Positions 22,430 through 38,796 of a stretch of 64,000 bases of DNA are shown piece by piece (within the stretch, counting starts at the first letter, position 1; the number at the start of each line of letters is the position of its first letter). A program made the translations under genes and the position numbers. The notes under the pieces are model-generated. The model did not search any database. It was not told the DNA's origin and was given only the letters and a program-made list of their open reading frames with translations. This stretch comes from Nemertoderma westbladi (taxonomy: Eukaryota > Animalia > Xenacoelomorpha). The stretch covers positions 27,291 through 91,290 of the forward strand of contig JAUCBJ010006685.1 of assembly GCA_032718475.1 (NCBI GenBank). Direction: 5' to 3'.

Positions 22430-25400
22430 TACTTCCCCAATGACTATATATTTCTCACGAACTACTTGCTTTACTTCCCCAGGGACTATATATTTCTCAC
22501 GAACTACTTGCTTTACTTCCCCAATGACTATATATTTCTCACTAACTACTTGCAGTACTTCCCCAATGACTAGATATTTCTCACGAACTACTTGCTTTAC
22601 TTCCCCAATAACTATATATTTCTCACGAACTACTTGCTGTACTTCCCCAATAACTATATATTTCTCACGAACTACTTGCTGTACTTCCCCAATAACTATA
22701 TATTTCTCACGAACTACTTGCTGTACTTCCCCAATAACTATATATTTCTCACGAACTACTTGCTTTACTTCCCCAATGACTATATATTTCTCACGAACTA
22801 CTTGCTTTACTTCCCCAATAACTATATATTTCTCACGAACTACTTGCTGTACTTCCCCAATAACTATATATTTCTCACGAACTACTTGCTGTACTTCCCC
22901 AATAACTATATATTTCTCACGAACTACTTGCTTTACTTCCCCAGGGACTATATATTTCTCACGAACTACTTGCTTTACTTCCCCAATGACTATATATTTC
23001 TCACGAACTACTTGCTTTACTTCCCCAATGACTATATATTTCTCACAAACTACTTGCTTTACTTCCCCAGGGACTATATATTTCTCACGAACTACTTGCT
23101 GTACTTCCCCAGGGACTATATATTTCTCACGAACTACTTGCTTTACTTCCCCAGGGACTATATATTTCTCACGAACTACTTGCTGTACTTCCCCAGGGAC
23201 TATATATTTCTCACGAACTACTTGCTTTACTTCCCCAGGGACTATATATTTCTCACAAACTACTTGCTTTACTTCCCCAGGGACTATATATTTCTCACGA
23301 ACTACTTGCTGTACTTCCCCAGGGACTATATATTTCTCACGAACTACTTGCTTTACTTCCCCAGGGACTATATATTTCTCACGAACTACTTGCTGTACTT
23401 CCCCAGGGACTATATATTTCTCACGAACTACTTGCTTTACTTCCCCAGGGACTATATATTTCTCACGAACTACTTGCTGTACTTCCCCAGGGACTATATA
23501 TTTCTCACGAACTACTTGCTTTACTTCCCCAGGGACTATATATTTCTCACAAACTACTTGCTTTACTTCCCCAGGGACTATATATTTCTCACGAACTACT
23601 TGCTGTACTTCCCCAGGGACTATATATTTCTCACGAACTACTTGCTTTACTTCCCCAGGGACTATATATTTCTCACGAACTACTTGCTGTACTTCCCCAG
23701 GGACTATATATTTCTCACGAACTACTTGCTTTACTTCCCCAGGGACTATATATTTCTCACGAACTACTTGCTGTACTTCCCCAGGGACTATATATTTCTC
23801 ACGAACTACTTGCTTTACTTCCCCAGGGACTATATATTTCTCACAAACTACTTGCTTTACTTCCCCAGGGACTATATATTTCTCACGAACTACTTGCTGT
23901 ACTTCCCCAGGGACTATATATTTCTCACGAACTACTTGCTTTACTTCCCCAGGGACTATATATTTCTCACGAACTACTTGCTGTACTTCCCCAGGGACTA
24001 TATATTTCTCACGAACTACTTGCTTTACTTCCCCAGGGACTATATATTTCTCACGAACTACTCGCTTTACTTCCCCAATAACTATATATTTCTCACGAAC
24101 TACTTGCTTTACTTCCCCAGGGACTATATATTTCTCACGAACTACTTGCTGTACTTCCCCAGGGACTATATATTTCTCACGAACTACTTGCTGTACTTCC
24201 CCAATGACTATATATTTCTCACGAACTACTTGCTTTACTTCCCCAATAACTATATATTTCTCACGAACTACTTGCTGTACTTCCCCAATAACTATATATT
24301 TCTCACGAACTACTTGCTGTACTTCCCCAATAACTATATATTTCTCACGAACTACTTGCTTTACTTCCCCAATGACTATATATTTCTCACGAACTACTTG
24401 CTTTACTTCCCCAATAACTATATATTTCTCACGAACTACTTGCTGTACTTCCCCAATAACTATATATTTCTCACGAACTACTTGCTGTACTTCCCCAATA
24501 ACTATATATTTCTCACGAACTACTTGCTTTACTTCCCCAGGGACTATATATTTCTCACGAACTACTTGCTTTACTTCCCCAATGACTATATATTTCTCAC
24601 GAACTACTTGCTTTACTTCCCCAATGACTATATATTTCTCACAAACTACTTGCTTTACTTCCCCAGGGACTATATATTTCTCACGAACTACTTGCTGTAC
24701 TTCCCCAGGGACTATATATTTCTCACGAACTACTCGCTTTACTTCCCCAATAACTATATATTTCTCACGAACTACTTGCTTTACTTCCCCAGGGACTATA
24801 TATTTCTCACGAACTACTTGCTTTACTTCCCCAATGACTATATATTTCTCACGAACTACTTGCTGTACTTCCCCAATAACTATATATTTCTCACGAACTA
24901 CTTGCTTTACTTCCCCAGGGACTATATATTTCTCACGAACTACTTGCTGTACTTCCCCAGGGACTATATATTTCTCACGAACTACTCGCTTTACTTCCCC
25001 AATAACTATATATTTCTCACGAACTACTTGCTTTACTTCCCCAGGGACTATATATTTCTCACGAACTACTTGCTTTACTTCCCCAATGACTATATATTTC
25101 TCACGAACTACTTGCTTTACTTCCCCAATGACTATATATTTCTCACAAACTACTTGCTTTACTTCCCCAATGACTATATATTTCTCACGAACTACTTGCT
25201 TTACTTCCCCAGGGACTATATATTTCTCACGAACTACTTGCTGTACTTCCCCAATAACTATATATTTCTCACGAACTACTTGCTTTACTTCCCCAGGGAC
25301 TATATATTTCTCACGAACTACTTGCTGTACTTCCCCAATGACTATATATTTCTCACGAACTACTCGCTTTACTTCCCCAATAACTATATATTTCTCACGA

Positions 25401-26777
25401 ACTACTTGCTGTACTTCCCCAGGGACTATATATTTCTCACGAACTATTGCTTTACTTCCCCAATGACTATATATTTCTCACGAACTACTTGCTTTACTTC
25501 CCCAGGGACTATATATTTCTCACGAACTACTTGCTGTACTTCCCCAGGGACTATATATTTCTCACGAACTACTTGCTTTACTTCCCCAATGACTATATAT
25601 TTCTCACGAACTACTTGCTGTACTTCCCCAATAACTATATATTTCTCACGAACTACTTGCTTTACTTCCCCAATGACTATATATTTCTCACGAACTACTT
25701 GCTTTACTTCCCCAGGGACTATATATTTCTCACGAACTACTTGCTGTACTTCCCCAGGGACTATATATTTCTCACGAACTACTTGCTTTACTTCCCCAGG
25801 GACTATATATTTCTCACGAACTACTTGCTTTACTTCCCCAATGACTATATATTTATCACGAACTACTTGCTTTACTTCCCCAATGACTATATATTTATCA
25901 CGAACTACTTGCTTTACTTCCCCAATGACTATATATTTCTCACGAACTACTTGCTTTACTTCCCCAATGACTATATATTTATCACGAACTACTTGCTTTA
26001 CTTCCCCAGGGACTATATATTTCTCACGAACTACTTGCTTTACTTCCCCAATGACTATATATTTCTCACGAACTACTTGCTTTACTTCCCCAATGACTAT
26101 ATATTTCTCACGAACTACTTGCTGTACTTCCCCAGGGACTATATATTTCTCACGAACTACTTGCTTTACTTCCCCAGGGACTATATATTTCTCACGAACT
26201 ACTTGCTTTACTTCCCCAATGACTATATATTTATCACGAACTACTTGCTTTACTTCCCCAATGACTATATATTTATCACGAACTACTTGCTTTACTTCCC
26301 CAGGGACTATATATTTCTCACGAACTACTTGCTTTACTTCCCCAGGGACTATATATTTCTCACGAACTACTTGCTTTACTTCCCCAATGACTATATATTT
26401 ATCACGAACTACTTGCTTTACTTCCCCAGGGACTAGATATTTCTCACGAACTACTTGCTTTACTTCCCCAATGACTATATATTTATCACGAACTACTTGC
26501 TTTACTTCCCCAGGGACTAGATATTTCTCACGAACTACTTGCTTTACTTCCCCAATGACTATATATTTATCACGAACTACTTGCTTTACTTCCCCAGGGA
26601 CTAGATATTTCTCACGAACTACTTGCTTTACTTCCCCAATGACTATATATTTATCACGAACTACTTGCTTTACTTCCCCAGGGACTAGATATTTCTCACG
26701 AACTACTTGCTTTACTTCCCCAGGGACTATATATTTCTCACGAACTACTTGTTGTACTTCCCCAGGGACTATATATT
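22430..26777. repeat. Satellite B, 42-bp monomer, block 1
   Basis: Unit TACTTCCCCA(GGG/ATG/ATA)ACTATATATTTCTCACGAACTACTTGCT(T/G); 14-aa period in the ORF track. Confidence 0.98.
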
Positions 26778-27010
26778 ATAAAAGTACATAAATTAATATA
26801 TAATCCACACAAAAGGCCTGACTTTATTAACCTAATAGGTGATACAGTGTACTGCACTACACGGAAAATACTCTAGTCCCTTCACCGGTTGCTAGTTTTT
26901 CTAAAGTCTGACAGTTACATTTTTAATAGGTGATACAGTGTACTGCACTACACGGACAAATACTCTAGTCCCTTCACCGGTCGCTAGTTTTTCTAAAGTC
27001 TGACTGTTAC
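26778..27010. other. 233-bp non-satellite insertion with 7-bp TSD and internal ~90-bp tandem duplication
   Basis: ATATATT at 26771-26777 and 27011-27017; repeat copies 26833-26920 and 26924-27012. Confidence 0.8.
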
Positions 27011-30000
27011 ATATATTTCTCACGAACTACTTGCTGTACTTCCCCAGGGACTATATATTTCTCACGAACTACTTGCTGTACTTCCCCAATGACTATATAT
27101 TTCTCACGAACTACTTGCTTTACTTCCCCAGGGACTATATATTTCTCACGAACTACTTGCTTTACTTCCCCAGGGACTATATATTTCTCACGAACTACTT
27201 GCTGTACTTCCCCAGGGACTATATATTTCTCACGAACTACTTGTTGTACTTCCCCAGGGACTATATATTTCTCACGAACTACTTGCTTTACTTCCCCAAT
27301 GACTATATATTTATCACGAACTACTTGCTTTACTTCCCCAGGGACTAGATATTTCTCACGAACTACTTGCTTTACTTCCCCAATGACTATATATTTATCA
27401 CGAACTACTTGCTTTACTTCCCCAGGGACTAGATATTTCTCACGAACTACTTGCTTTACTTCCCCAATGACTATATATTTATCACGAACTACTTGCTTTA
27501 CTTCCCCAGGGACTAGATATTTCTCACGAACTACTTGCTTTACTTCCCCAATGACTATATATTTATCACGAACTACTTGCTTTACTTCCCCAGGGACTAG
27601 ATATTTCTCACGAACTACTTGCTTTACTTCCCCAATGACTATATATTTATCACGAACTACTTGCTTTACTTCCCCAATGACTATATATTTCTCACGAACT
27701 ACTTGCTTTACTTCCCCAGGGACTATATATTTCTCACGAACTACTTGCTGTACTTCCCCAGGGACTATATATTTCTCACGAACTACTTGCTGTACTTCCC
27801 CAGGGACTATATATTTCTCACGAACTACTTGTTGTACTTCCCCAGGGACTATATATTTCTCACGAACTACTTGCTTTACTTCCCCAATGACTATATATTT
27901 ATCACGAACTACTTGCTTTACTTCCCCAGGGACTAGATATTTCTCACGAACTACTTGCTTTACTTCCCCAATGACTATATATTTCTCACGAACTACTTGC
28001 TTTACTTCCCCAATGACTATATATTTCTCACAAACTACTTGCTTTACTTCCCCAGGGACTAGATATTTCTCACGAACTACTTGCTTTACTTCCCCAATGA
28101 CTATATATTTCTCACGAACTACTTGCTTTACTTCACCAATGACTATATATTTCTCACGAACTACTTGCTCTACTTCCCCAATGACTATATATTTATCACG
28201 AACTACTTGCTTTACTTCCCCAATGACTATATATTTATCACGAACTACTTGCTTTACTTCCCCAGGGACTATATATTTCTCACGAACTACTTGCTTTACT
28301 TCCCCAATGACTATATATTTCTCACGAACTACTTGCTTTACTTCACCAATGACTATATATTTCTCACGAACTACTTGCTCTACTTCCCCAGGGACTATAT
28401 ATTTCTCACGAACTACTTGCTCTACTTCCCCAATGACTATATATTTCTCACGAACTACTTGCTGTACTTCCCCAGGGACTATATATTTCTCACGAACTAC
28501 TTGCTCTACTTCCCCAATGACTATATATTTATCACGAACTACTTGCTTTACTTCCCCAATGACTATATATTTCTCACGAACTACTTGCTCTACTTCCCCA
28601 GGGACTATATATTTCTCACGAACTACTTGCTCTACTTCCCCAATGACTATATATTTCTCACGAACTACTTGCTGTACTTCCCCAGGGACTATATATTTCT
28701 CACGAACTACTTGCTCTACTTCCCCAATGACTATATATTTATCACGAACTACTTGCTTTACTTCCCCAATGACTATATATTTCTCACGAACTACTTGCTC
28801 TACTTCCCCAATGACTATATATTTCTCACGAACTACTTGCTGTACTTCCCCAGGGACTATATATTTCTCACGAACTACTTGCTCTACTTCCCCAATGACT
28901 ATATATTTATCACGAACTACTTGCTTTACTTCCCCAATGACTATATATTTCTCACGAACTACTTGCTCTACTTCCCCAATGACTATATATTTCTCACGAA
29001 CTACTTGCTGTACTTCCCCAGGGACTATATATTTCTCACGAACTACTTGCTCTACTTCCCCAATGACTATATATTTATCACGAACTACTTGCTTTACTTC
29101 CCCAATGACTATATATTTATCACGAACTACTTGCTTTACTTCCCCAGGGACTATATATTTCTCACGAACTACTTGCTGTACTTCCCCAGGGACTATATAT
29201 TTCTCACGAACTACTTGCTTTACTTCCCCAGGGACTATATATTTCTCACGAACTACTTGCTTTACTTCCCCAATGACTATATATTTATCACGAACTACTT
29301 GCTTTACTTCCCCAATGACTATATATTTATCACGAACTACTTGCTTTACTTCCCCAATGACTATATATTTATCACGAACTACTTGCTTTACTTCCCCAGG
29401 GACTATATATTTCTCACGAACTACTTGCTTTACTTCCCCAATGACTATATATTTCTCACGAACTACTTGCTTTACTTCACCAATGACTATATATTTCTCA
29501 CGAACTACTTGCTCTACTTCCCCAATGACTATATATTTCTCACGAACTACTTGCTTTACTTCACCAATGACTATATATTTCTCACGAACTACTTGCTCTA
29601 CTTCCCCAATGACTATATATTTATCACGAACTACTTGCTTTACTTCCCCAATGACTATATATTTATCACGAACTACTTGCTTTACTTCCCCAGGGACTAT
29701 ATATTTCTCACGAACTACTTGCTTTACTTCCCCAATGACTATATATTTCTCACGAACTACTTGCTTTACTTCACCAATGACTATATATTTCTCACGAACT
29801 ACTTGCTCTACTTCCCCAATGACTATATATTTATCACGAACTACTTGCTTTACTTCCCCAATGACTATATATTTATCACGAACTACTTGCTTTACTTCCC
29901 CAGGGACTATATATTTCTCACGAACTACTTGCTGTACTTCCCCAGGGACTATATATTTCTCACGAACTACTTGCTTTACTTCCCCAGGGACTATATATTT

Positions 30001-33000
30001 CTCACGAACTACTTGCTTTACTTCCCCAATGACTATATATTTATCACGAACTACTTGCTTTACTTCCCCAGGGACTATATATTTCTCACGAACTACTTGC
30101 TTTACTTCCCCAATGACTATATATTTATCACGAACTACTTGCTTTACTTCCCCAATGACTATATATTTATCACGAACTACTTGCTGTACTTCCCCAATGA
30201 CTATATATTTCTCACGAACTACTTGCTTTACTTCCCCAGGGACTATATATTTCTCACGAACTACTTGCTTTACTTCCCCAATGACTATATATTTATCACG
30301 AACTACTTGCTTTACTTCCCCAGGGACTATATATTTCTCACGAACTACTTGCTTTACTTCCCCAATGACTATATATTTATCACGAACTACTTGCTTTACT
30401 TCCCCAATGACTATATATTTATCACGAACTACTTGCTTTACTTCCCCAATGACTATATATTTCTCACGAACTACTTGCTTTACTTCCCCAATGACAATAT
30501 ATTTCTCACGAACTACTTGCTTTACTTCCCCAATGACTATATATTTCTCACGAACTACTTGCTTTACTTCCCCAGGGACTATATATTTCTCACGAACTAC
30601 TTGCTTTACTTCCCCAGGGACTATATATTTCTCACGAACTACTTGCTTTACTTCCCCAATGACTATATATTTATCACGAACTACTTGCTTTACTTCCCCA
30701 ATGACTATATATTTATCACGAACTACTTGCTTTACTTCCCCAGGGACTATATATTTCTCACGAACTACTTGCTTTACTTCCCCAATGACTATATATTTAT
30801 CACGAACTACTTGCTTTACTTCCCCAATGACTATATATTTATCACGAACTACTTGCTTTACTTCCACAGGGACTATATATTTCTCACGAACTACTTGCTT
30901 TACTTCCCCAATGACTATATATTTATCACGAACTACTTGCTTTACTTCCCCAATGACTATATATTTATCACGAACTACTTGCTTTACTTCCACAGGGACT
31001 ATATATTTCTCACGAACTACTTGCTTTACTTCCCCAATGACTATATATTTCTCACGAACTCCTTGCTTTACTTCCCCAATAACTATATATTTCTCACGAA
31101 CTACTTGCTTTACTTCCCCAATGACTATATATTTATCACGAACTACTTGCTTTACTTCCCCAATGACTATATATTTATCACGAACTACTTGCTTTACTTC
31201 CCCAGGGACTATATATTTCTCACGAACTACTTGCTTTACTTCCCCAGGGACTATATATTTCTCACGAACTACTTGCTTTACTTCCCCAATGACTATATAT
31301 TTCTCACGAACTACTTGCTTTACTTCCCCAGGGACTATATATTTCTCACGAACTACTTGCTTTACTTCCCCAATGACTATATATTTCTCACGAACTCCTT
31401 GCTTTACTTCCCCAATAACTATATATTTCTCACGAACTACTTGCTTTACTTCCCCAATGACTATATATTTATCACGAACTACTTGCTTTACTTCCCCAAT
31501 GACTATATATTTATCACGAACTACTTGCTTTACTTCCCCAGGGACTATATATTTCTCACGAACTACTTGCTTTACTTCCCCAGGGACTATATATTTCTCA
31601 CGAACTACTTGCTTTACTTCCCCAATGACTATATATTTATCACGAACTACTTGCTTTACTTCCCCAGGGACTATATATTTCTCACGAACTACTTGCTTTA
31701 CTTCCCCAGGGACTATATATTTCTCACGAACTACTTGCTTTACTTCCCCAATGACTATATATTTCTCACGAACTACTTGCTTTACTTCCCCAGGGACTAT
31801 ATATTTCTCACGAACTACTTGCTTTACTTCCCCAATGACTATATATTTCTCACGAACTCCTTGCTTTACTTCCCCAATAACTATATATTTCTCACGAACT
31901 ACTTGCTTTACTTCCCCAATGACTATATATTTATCACGAACTACTTGCTTTACTTCCCCAATGACTATATATTTATCACGAACTACTTGCTTTACTTCCC
32001 CAGGGACTATATATTTCTCACGAACTACTTGCTTTACTTCCCCAGGGACTATATATTTCTCACGAACTACTTGCTTTACTTCCCCAATGACTATATATTT
32101 CTCACGAACTACTTGCTTTACTTCCCCAGGGACTATATATTTCTCACGAACTACTTGCTTTACTTCCCCAATGACTATATATTTCTCACGAACTCCTTGC
32201 TTTACTTCCCCAATAACTATATATTTCTCACGAACTACTTGCTTTACTTCCCCAATGACTATATATTTATCACGAACTACTTGCTTTACTTCCCCAATGA
32301 CTATATATTTATCACGAACTACTTGCTTTACTTCCCCAGGGACTATATATTTCTCACGAACTACTTGCTTTACTTCCCCAGGGACTATATATTTCTCACG
32401 AACTACTTGCTTTACTTCCCCAATGACTATATATTTATCACGAACTACTTGCTTTACTTCCCCAGGGACTATATATTTCTCACGAACTACTTGCTTTACT
32501 TCCCCAGGGACTATATATTTCTCACGAACTACTTGCTTTACTTCCCCAATGACTATATATTTCTCACGAACTACTTGCTTTACTTCCCCAGGGACTATAT
32601 ATTTCTCACGAACTACTTGCTTTACTTCCCCAATGACTATATATTTCTCACGAACTCCTTGCTTTACTTCCCCAATAACTATATATTTCTCACGAACTAC
32701 TTGCTTTACTTCCCCAATGACTATATATTTATCACGAACTACTTGCTTTACTTCCCCAATGACTATATATTTATCACGAACTACTTGCTTTACTTCCCCA
32801 GGGACTATATATTTCTCACGAACTACTTGCTTTACTTCCCCAGGGACTATATATTTCTCACGAACTACTTGCTTTACTTCCCCAATGACTATATATTTCT
32901 CACGAACTACTTGCTTTACTTCCCCAGGGACTATATATTTCTCACGAACTACTTGCTTTACTTCCCCAATGACTATATATTTCTCACGAACTACTTGCTT

Positions 33001-36000
33001 TACTTCCCCAATGACTATATATTTCTCACAAACTACTTGCTTTACTTCCCCAGGGACTAGATATTTCTCACGAACTACTTGCTTTACTTCCCCAATGACT
33101 ATATATTTCTCACGAACTACTTGCTTTACTTCACCAATGACTATATATTTCTCACGAACTACTTGCTTTACTTCCCCAATGACTATATATTTCTCACGAA
33201 CTACTTGCTTTACTTCCCCAATGACTATATATTTCTCACGAACTACTTGCTGTACTTCCCCAATGACTATATATTTCTCACGAACTACTTGCTTTACTTC
33301 CCCAATGACTATATATTTCTCACGAACTACTTGCTGTACTTCAACAGGGACTATATATTTCTCACGAACTACTTGCTGTACTTCCCCAATGACTATTTAT
33401 TTCTCACGAACTACTTGCTTTACTTCCCCAATGACTATATATTTATCACGAACTACTTGCTGTACTTCCCCAATGACTATATATTTCTCACGAACTACTT
33501 GCTTTACTTCCCCAATGACTATATATTTATCACGAACTACTTGCTGTACTTCCCCAATGACTATATATTTATCACGAACTACTTGCTGTACTTCCCCAAT
33601 GACTATATATTTCTCACGAACTATTGCTTTACTTCCCCAGGGACTATATATTTATCACGAACTACTTGCTGTACTTCCCCAATGACTATATATTTCTCAC
33701 GAACTACTTGCTGTACTTCCCCAATGACTATATATTTATCACGAACTACTTGCTGTACTTCCCCAATGACTATATATTTCTCACGAACTATTGCTTTACT
33801 TCCCCAGGGACTATATATTTCTCACGAACTACTTGCTTTACTTCCCCAGGGACTATATATTTCTCACGAACTACTTGCTCTACTTCCCCAATGACTATAT
33901 ATTTCTCACGAACTACTTTCTCTACTTCCCCAATGACTATATATTTCTCACGAACTACTTGCTGTACTTCCCCAATGACTATATATTTCTCACGAACTAC
34001 TTGCTTTACTTCCCCAATGACTATATATTTCTCACGAACTACTTTCTCTACTTCCCCAATGACTATATATTTATCACGAACTACTTGCTGTACTTCCCCA
34101 ATGACTATATATTTCTCACGAACTACTTTCTCTACTTCCCCAATGACTATATATTTCTCACGAACTACTTGCTGTACTTCCCCAATGACTATATATTTCT
34201 CACGAACTACTTTCTCTACTTCCCCAATGACTATATATTTCTCACGAACTACTTGCTGTACTTCCCCAATGACTATATATTTCTCACGAACTACTTGCTT
34301 TACTTCCCCAATGACTATATATTTCTCACGAACTACTTGCTTTACTTCCCCAATGACTATATATTTCTCACGAACTACTTGCTTTACTTCCCCAATGACT
34401 ATATATTTCTCACGAACTACTTGCTGTACTTCCCCAATAACTATATATTTCTCACGAACTACTTGCTGTACTTCAACAGGGACTAGATATTTCTCACGAA
34501 CTACTTGCTTTACTTCCCCAATGACTATATATTTCTCACGAACTACTTGCTGTACTTCCCCAATGACTATATATTTCTCACGAACTACTTGCTGTACTTC
34601 CCCAATGACTATATATTTCTCACGAACTACTTGCTTTACTTCCCCAGGGACTATATATTTCTCACGAACTACTTGCTTTACTTCCCCAATGACTATATAT
34701 TTCTCACGAACTACTTGCTGTACTTCCCCAATGACTATATATTTCTCACGAACTACTTGCTTTACTTCCCCAGGGACTATATATTTCTCACGAACTACTT
34801 GCTGTACTTCCCCAATGACTATATATTTCTCACGAACTACTTGCTTTACTTCCCCAGGGACTATATATTTCTCACGAACTACTTGCTGTACTTCCCCAGG
34901 GACTATATATTTCTCACGAACTACTTGCTTTACTTCCCCAATGACTTTATATTTCTCACAAACTACTTGCTGTACTTCCCCAGGGACTATATATTTCTCA
35001 CGAACTACTTGCTTTACTTCCCCAGGGACTATATATTTCTCACGAACTACTTGCTTTACTTCCCCAATGACTATATATTTCTCACGAACTACTTGCTTTA
35101 CTTCCCTAATGACTATATATTTCTCACGAACTACTTGCTGTACTTCAACAGGGACTAGATATTTCTCACGAACTACTTGCTTTACTTCCCCAATGACTAT
35201 ATATTTCTCACGAACTACTTGCTTTACTTCCCCAATGACTATATATTTCTCACGAACTACTTGCTGTACTTCCCCAATTACTATATATTTCTCACGAACT
35301 ACTTGCTTTACTTTCCCAGGGACTATATATTTCTCACGAACTACTTGCTGTACTTCCCCAGGGACTATATATTTCTCACGAACTATTGCTTTACTTCCCC
35401 AATGACTATATATTTCTCACGAACTATTGCTTTACTTCCCCAATGACTATATATTTCTCACGAACTACTTGCTGTACTTCCCCAGGGACTATATATTTCT
35501 CACGAACTACTTGCTGTACTGCCCCAATGACTATATATTTCTCACGAACTACTTGCTGTACTTCTCAATGACTATATATTTCTCACAAACTAATTGCTTT
35601 ACTTCCCCATCGAGTATATATTTCTCACGAACTACTTGCTGTACTTCCCCAATGACTATATATTTCTCACGAACTACTTGCTTTACTTCCCCAATGACTA
35701 TATATTTCTCACGAACTACTTGCTGTACTTCCCCAATGACTATATATTTCTCACGAACTACTTGCTTTACTTCCCCAGGGACTATATATTTCTCACGAAC
35801 TACTTGCTGTACTTCCCCAGGGACTATATATTTCTCACGAACTACTTGCTGTACTTCCCCAGGGACTATATATTTCTCACGAACTACTTGCTTTACTTCC
35901 CCAATGACTATATATTTCTCACGAACTACTTGCTGTACTTCAACAGGGACTAGATATTTCTCACGAACTACTTGCTTTACTTCCCCAGGGACTATATATT

Positions 36001-38533
36001 TCTCACGAACTACTTGCTTTACTTCCCCAATGACTATATATTTCTCACGAACTACTTGCTGTACTTCCCCAGGGACTATATATTTCTCACGAACTACTTG
36101 CTCTACTTCAACAGGGACTAGATATTTCTCACGAACTACTTGCTGTACTTCCCCAGGGACTATATATTTCTCACGAACTACTTGCTGTACTTCCCCAATG
36201 ACTATATATTTCTCACGAACTACTTGCTGTACTTCTCCATGGACTATATATTTCTCACGAACTACTTGCTTTACTTCCCCAATGACTATATATTTCTCAC
36301 GAACTACTTGCTGTACTTCCCCAGGGACTATATATTTCTCACGAACTACTTGCTGTACTTCCCCAGGGACTATATATTTCTCACGAACTACTTGCTGTAC
36401 TTCCCCAGGGACTATATATTTCTCACGAACTACTTGCTCTACTTCAACAGGGACTAGATATTTCTCACGAACTACTTGCTGTACTTCCCCAGGGACTATA
36501 TATTTCTCACGAACTACTTGCTGTACTTCCCCAGGGACTATATATTTCTCACGAACTACTTGCTCTACTTCAACAGGGACTAGATATTTCTCACGAACTA
36601 CTTGCTGTACTTCCCCAGGGACTATATATTTCTCACGAACTACTTGCTCTACTTCAACAGGGACTAGATATTTCTCACGAACTACTTGCTTTACTTCCCC
36701 AATGACTATATATTTCTCACGAACTACTTGCTGTACTTCCCCAGGGACTATATATTTCTCACGAACTACTTGCTGTACTTCCCCAGGGACTATATATTTC
36801 TCACGAACTACTTGCTGTACTTCCCCAATGACTATATATTTCTCACGAACTACTTGCTGTACTTCTCCATGGACTATATATTTCTCACGAACTACTTGCT
36901 TTACTTCCCCAATGACTATATATTTCTCACGAACTACTTGCTGTACTTCCCCAGGGACTATATATTTCTCACGAACTACTTGCTGTACTTCCCCAGGGAC
37001 TATATATTTCTCACGAACTACTTGCTGTACTTCTCCATGGACTATATATTTCTCACGAACTACTTGCTTTACTTCCCCAATGACTATATATTTCTCACGA
37101 ACTACTTGCTGTACTTCCCCAGGGACTATATATTTCTCACGAACTACTTGCTGTACTTCCCCAGGGACTATATATTTCTCACGAACTACTTGCTGTACTT
37201 CCCCAGGGACTATATATTTCTCACGAACTACTTGCTTTACTTCCCCAATGACTATATATTTCTCACGAACTACTTGCTGTACTTCAACAGGGACTAGATA
37301 TTTCTCACGAACTACTTGCTTTACTTCCCCAGGGACTATATATTTCTCACGAACTACTTGCTTTACTTCCCCAATGACTATATATTTCTCACGAACTACT
37401 TGCTGTACTTCCCCAGGGACTATATATTTCTCACGAACTACTTGCTCTACTTCAACAGGGACTAGATATTTCTCACGAACTACTTGCTGTACTTCCCCAG
37501 GGACTATATATTTCTCACGAACTACTTGCTGTACTTCCCCAATGACTATATATTTCTCACGAACTACTTGCTGTACTTCTCCATGGACTATATATTTCTC
37601 ACGAACTACTTGCTTTACTTCCCCAATGACTATATATTTCTCACGAACTACTTGCTGTACTTCTCCATGGACTATATATTTCTCACGAACTACTTGCTTT
37701 ACTTCCCCAATGACTATATATTTCTCACGAACTACTTGCTCTACTTCCCCAGGGACTATATATTTCTCACGAACTACTTGCTCTACTTCAACAGGGACTA
37801 GATATTTCTCACGAACTACTTGCTGTACTTCCCCAGGGACTATATATTTCTCACGAACTACTTGCTGTACTTCCCCAATGACTATATATTTCTCACGAAC
37901 TACTTGCTGTACTTCTCCATGGACTATATATTTCTCACGAACTACTTGCTTTACTTCCCCAATGACTATATATTTCTCACGAACTACTTGCTGTACTTCT
38001 CCATGGACTATATATTTCTCACGAACTACTTGCTTTACTTCCCCAATGACTATATATTTCTCACGAACTACTTGCTGTACTTCCCCAGGGACTATATATT
38101 TCTCACGAACTACTTGCTCTACTTCAACAGGGACTAGATATTTCTCACGAACTACTTGCTGTACTTCCCCAGGGACTATATATTTCTCACGAACTACTTG
38201 CTGTACTTCCCCAATGACTATATATTTCTCACGAACTACTTGCTGTACTTCTCCATGGACTATATATTTCTCACGAACTACTTGCTTTACTTCCCCAATG
38301 ACTATATATTTCTCACGAACTACTTGCTGTACTTCCCCAGGGACTATATATTTCTCACGAACTACTTGCTTTACTTCCCCAGGGACTATATATTTCTCAC
38401 GAACTACTTGCTTTACTTCCCCAATGACTATATATTTCTCACGAACTACTAGCTTTACTTCCCCAATGACTATATATTTCTCACGAACTACTTGCTTTAC
38501 TTCCCCAATGACTATATATTTCTCACGAACTAC
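27011..38533. repeat. Satellite B, block 2
   Basis: Same 42-bp monomer with regional variants. Confidence 0.98.
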
Positions 38534-38773
38534 AGTTATTGATAATCCAGTAACTCAATAATATAGTATAATAGCTGACAGTCAAGTTACAGAACTGCAC
38601 ACAGACCTAACACAACTGACAACTGCACAACCTCCTACCTACCGTACCTGTCCAACCGGTAGGCCTACACCTGATACAGCAGCACTAGTACTGTACTGTA
38701 GTTTTTCCTTTCTTGTACTACCGTACTATCCCAGTGGCATGGCCTACTATATGTCTCACACAATTTCCCAACA
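38532..38773 (-). repeat. 3' LTR, apparently missing its last 16 bp
   Basis: Matches 41542-41783 but lacks the terminal part (plus TGTTGAAGATATATAA) present at 41526-41541. Confidence 0.88.
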
Positions 38774-38796
38774 CCTCCCACAGTTTTATAAACTTT

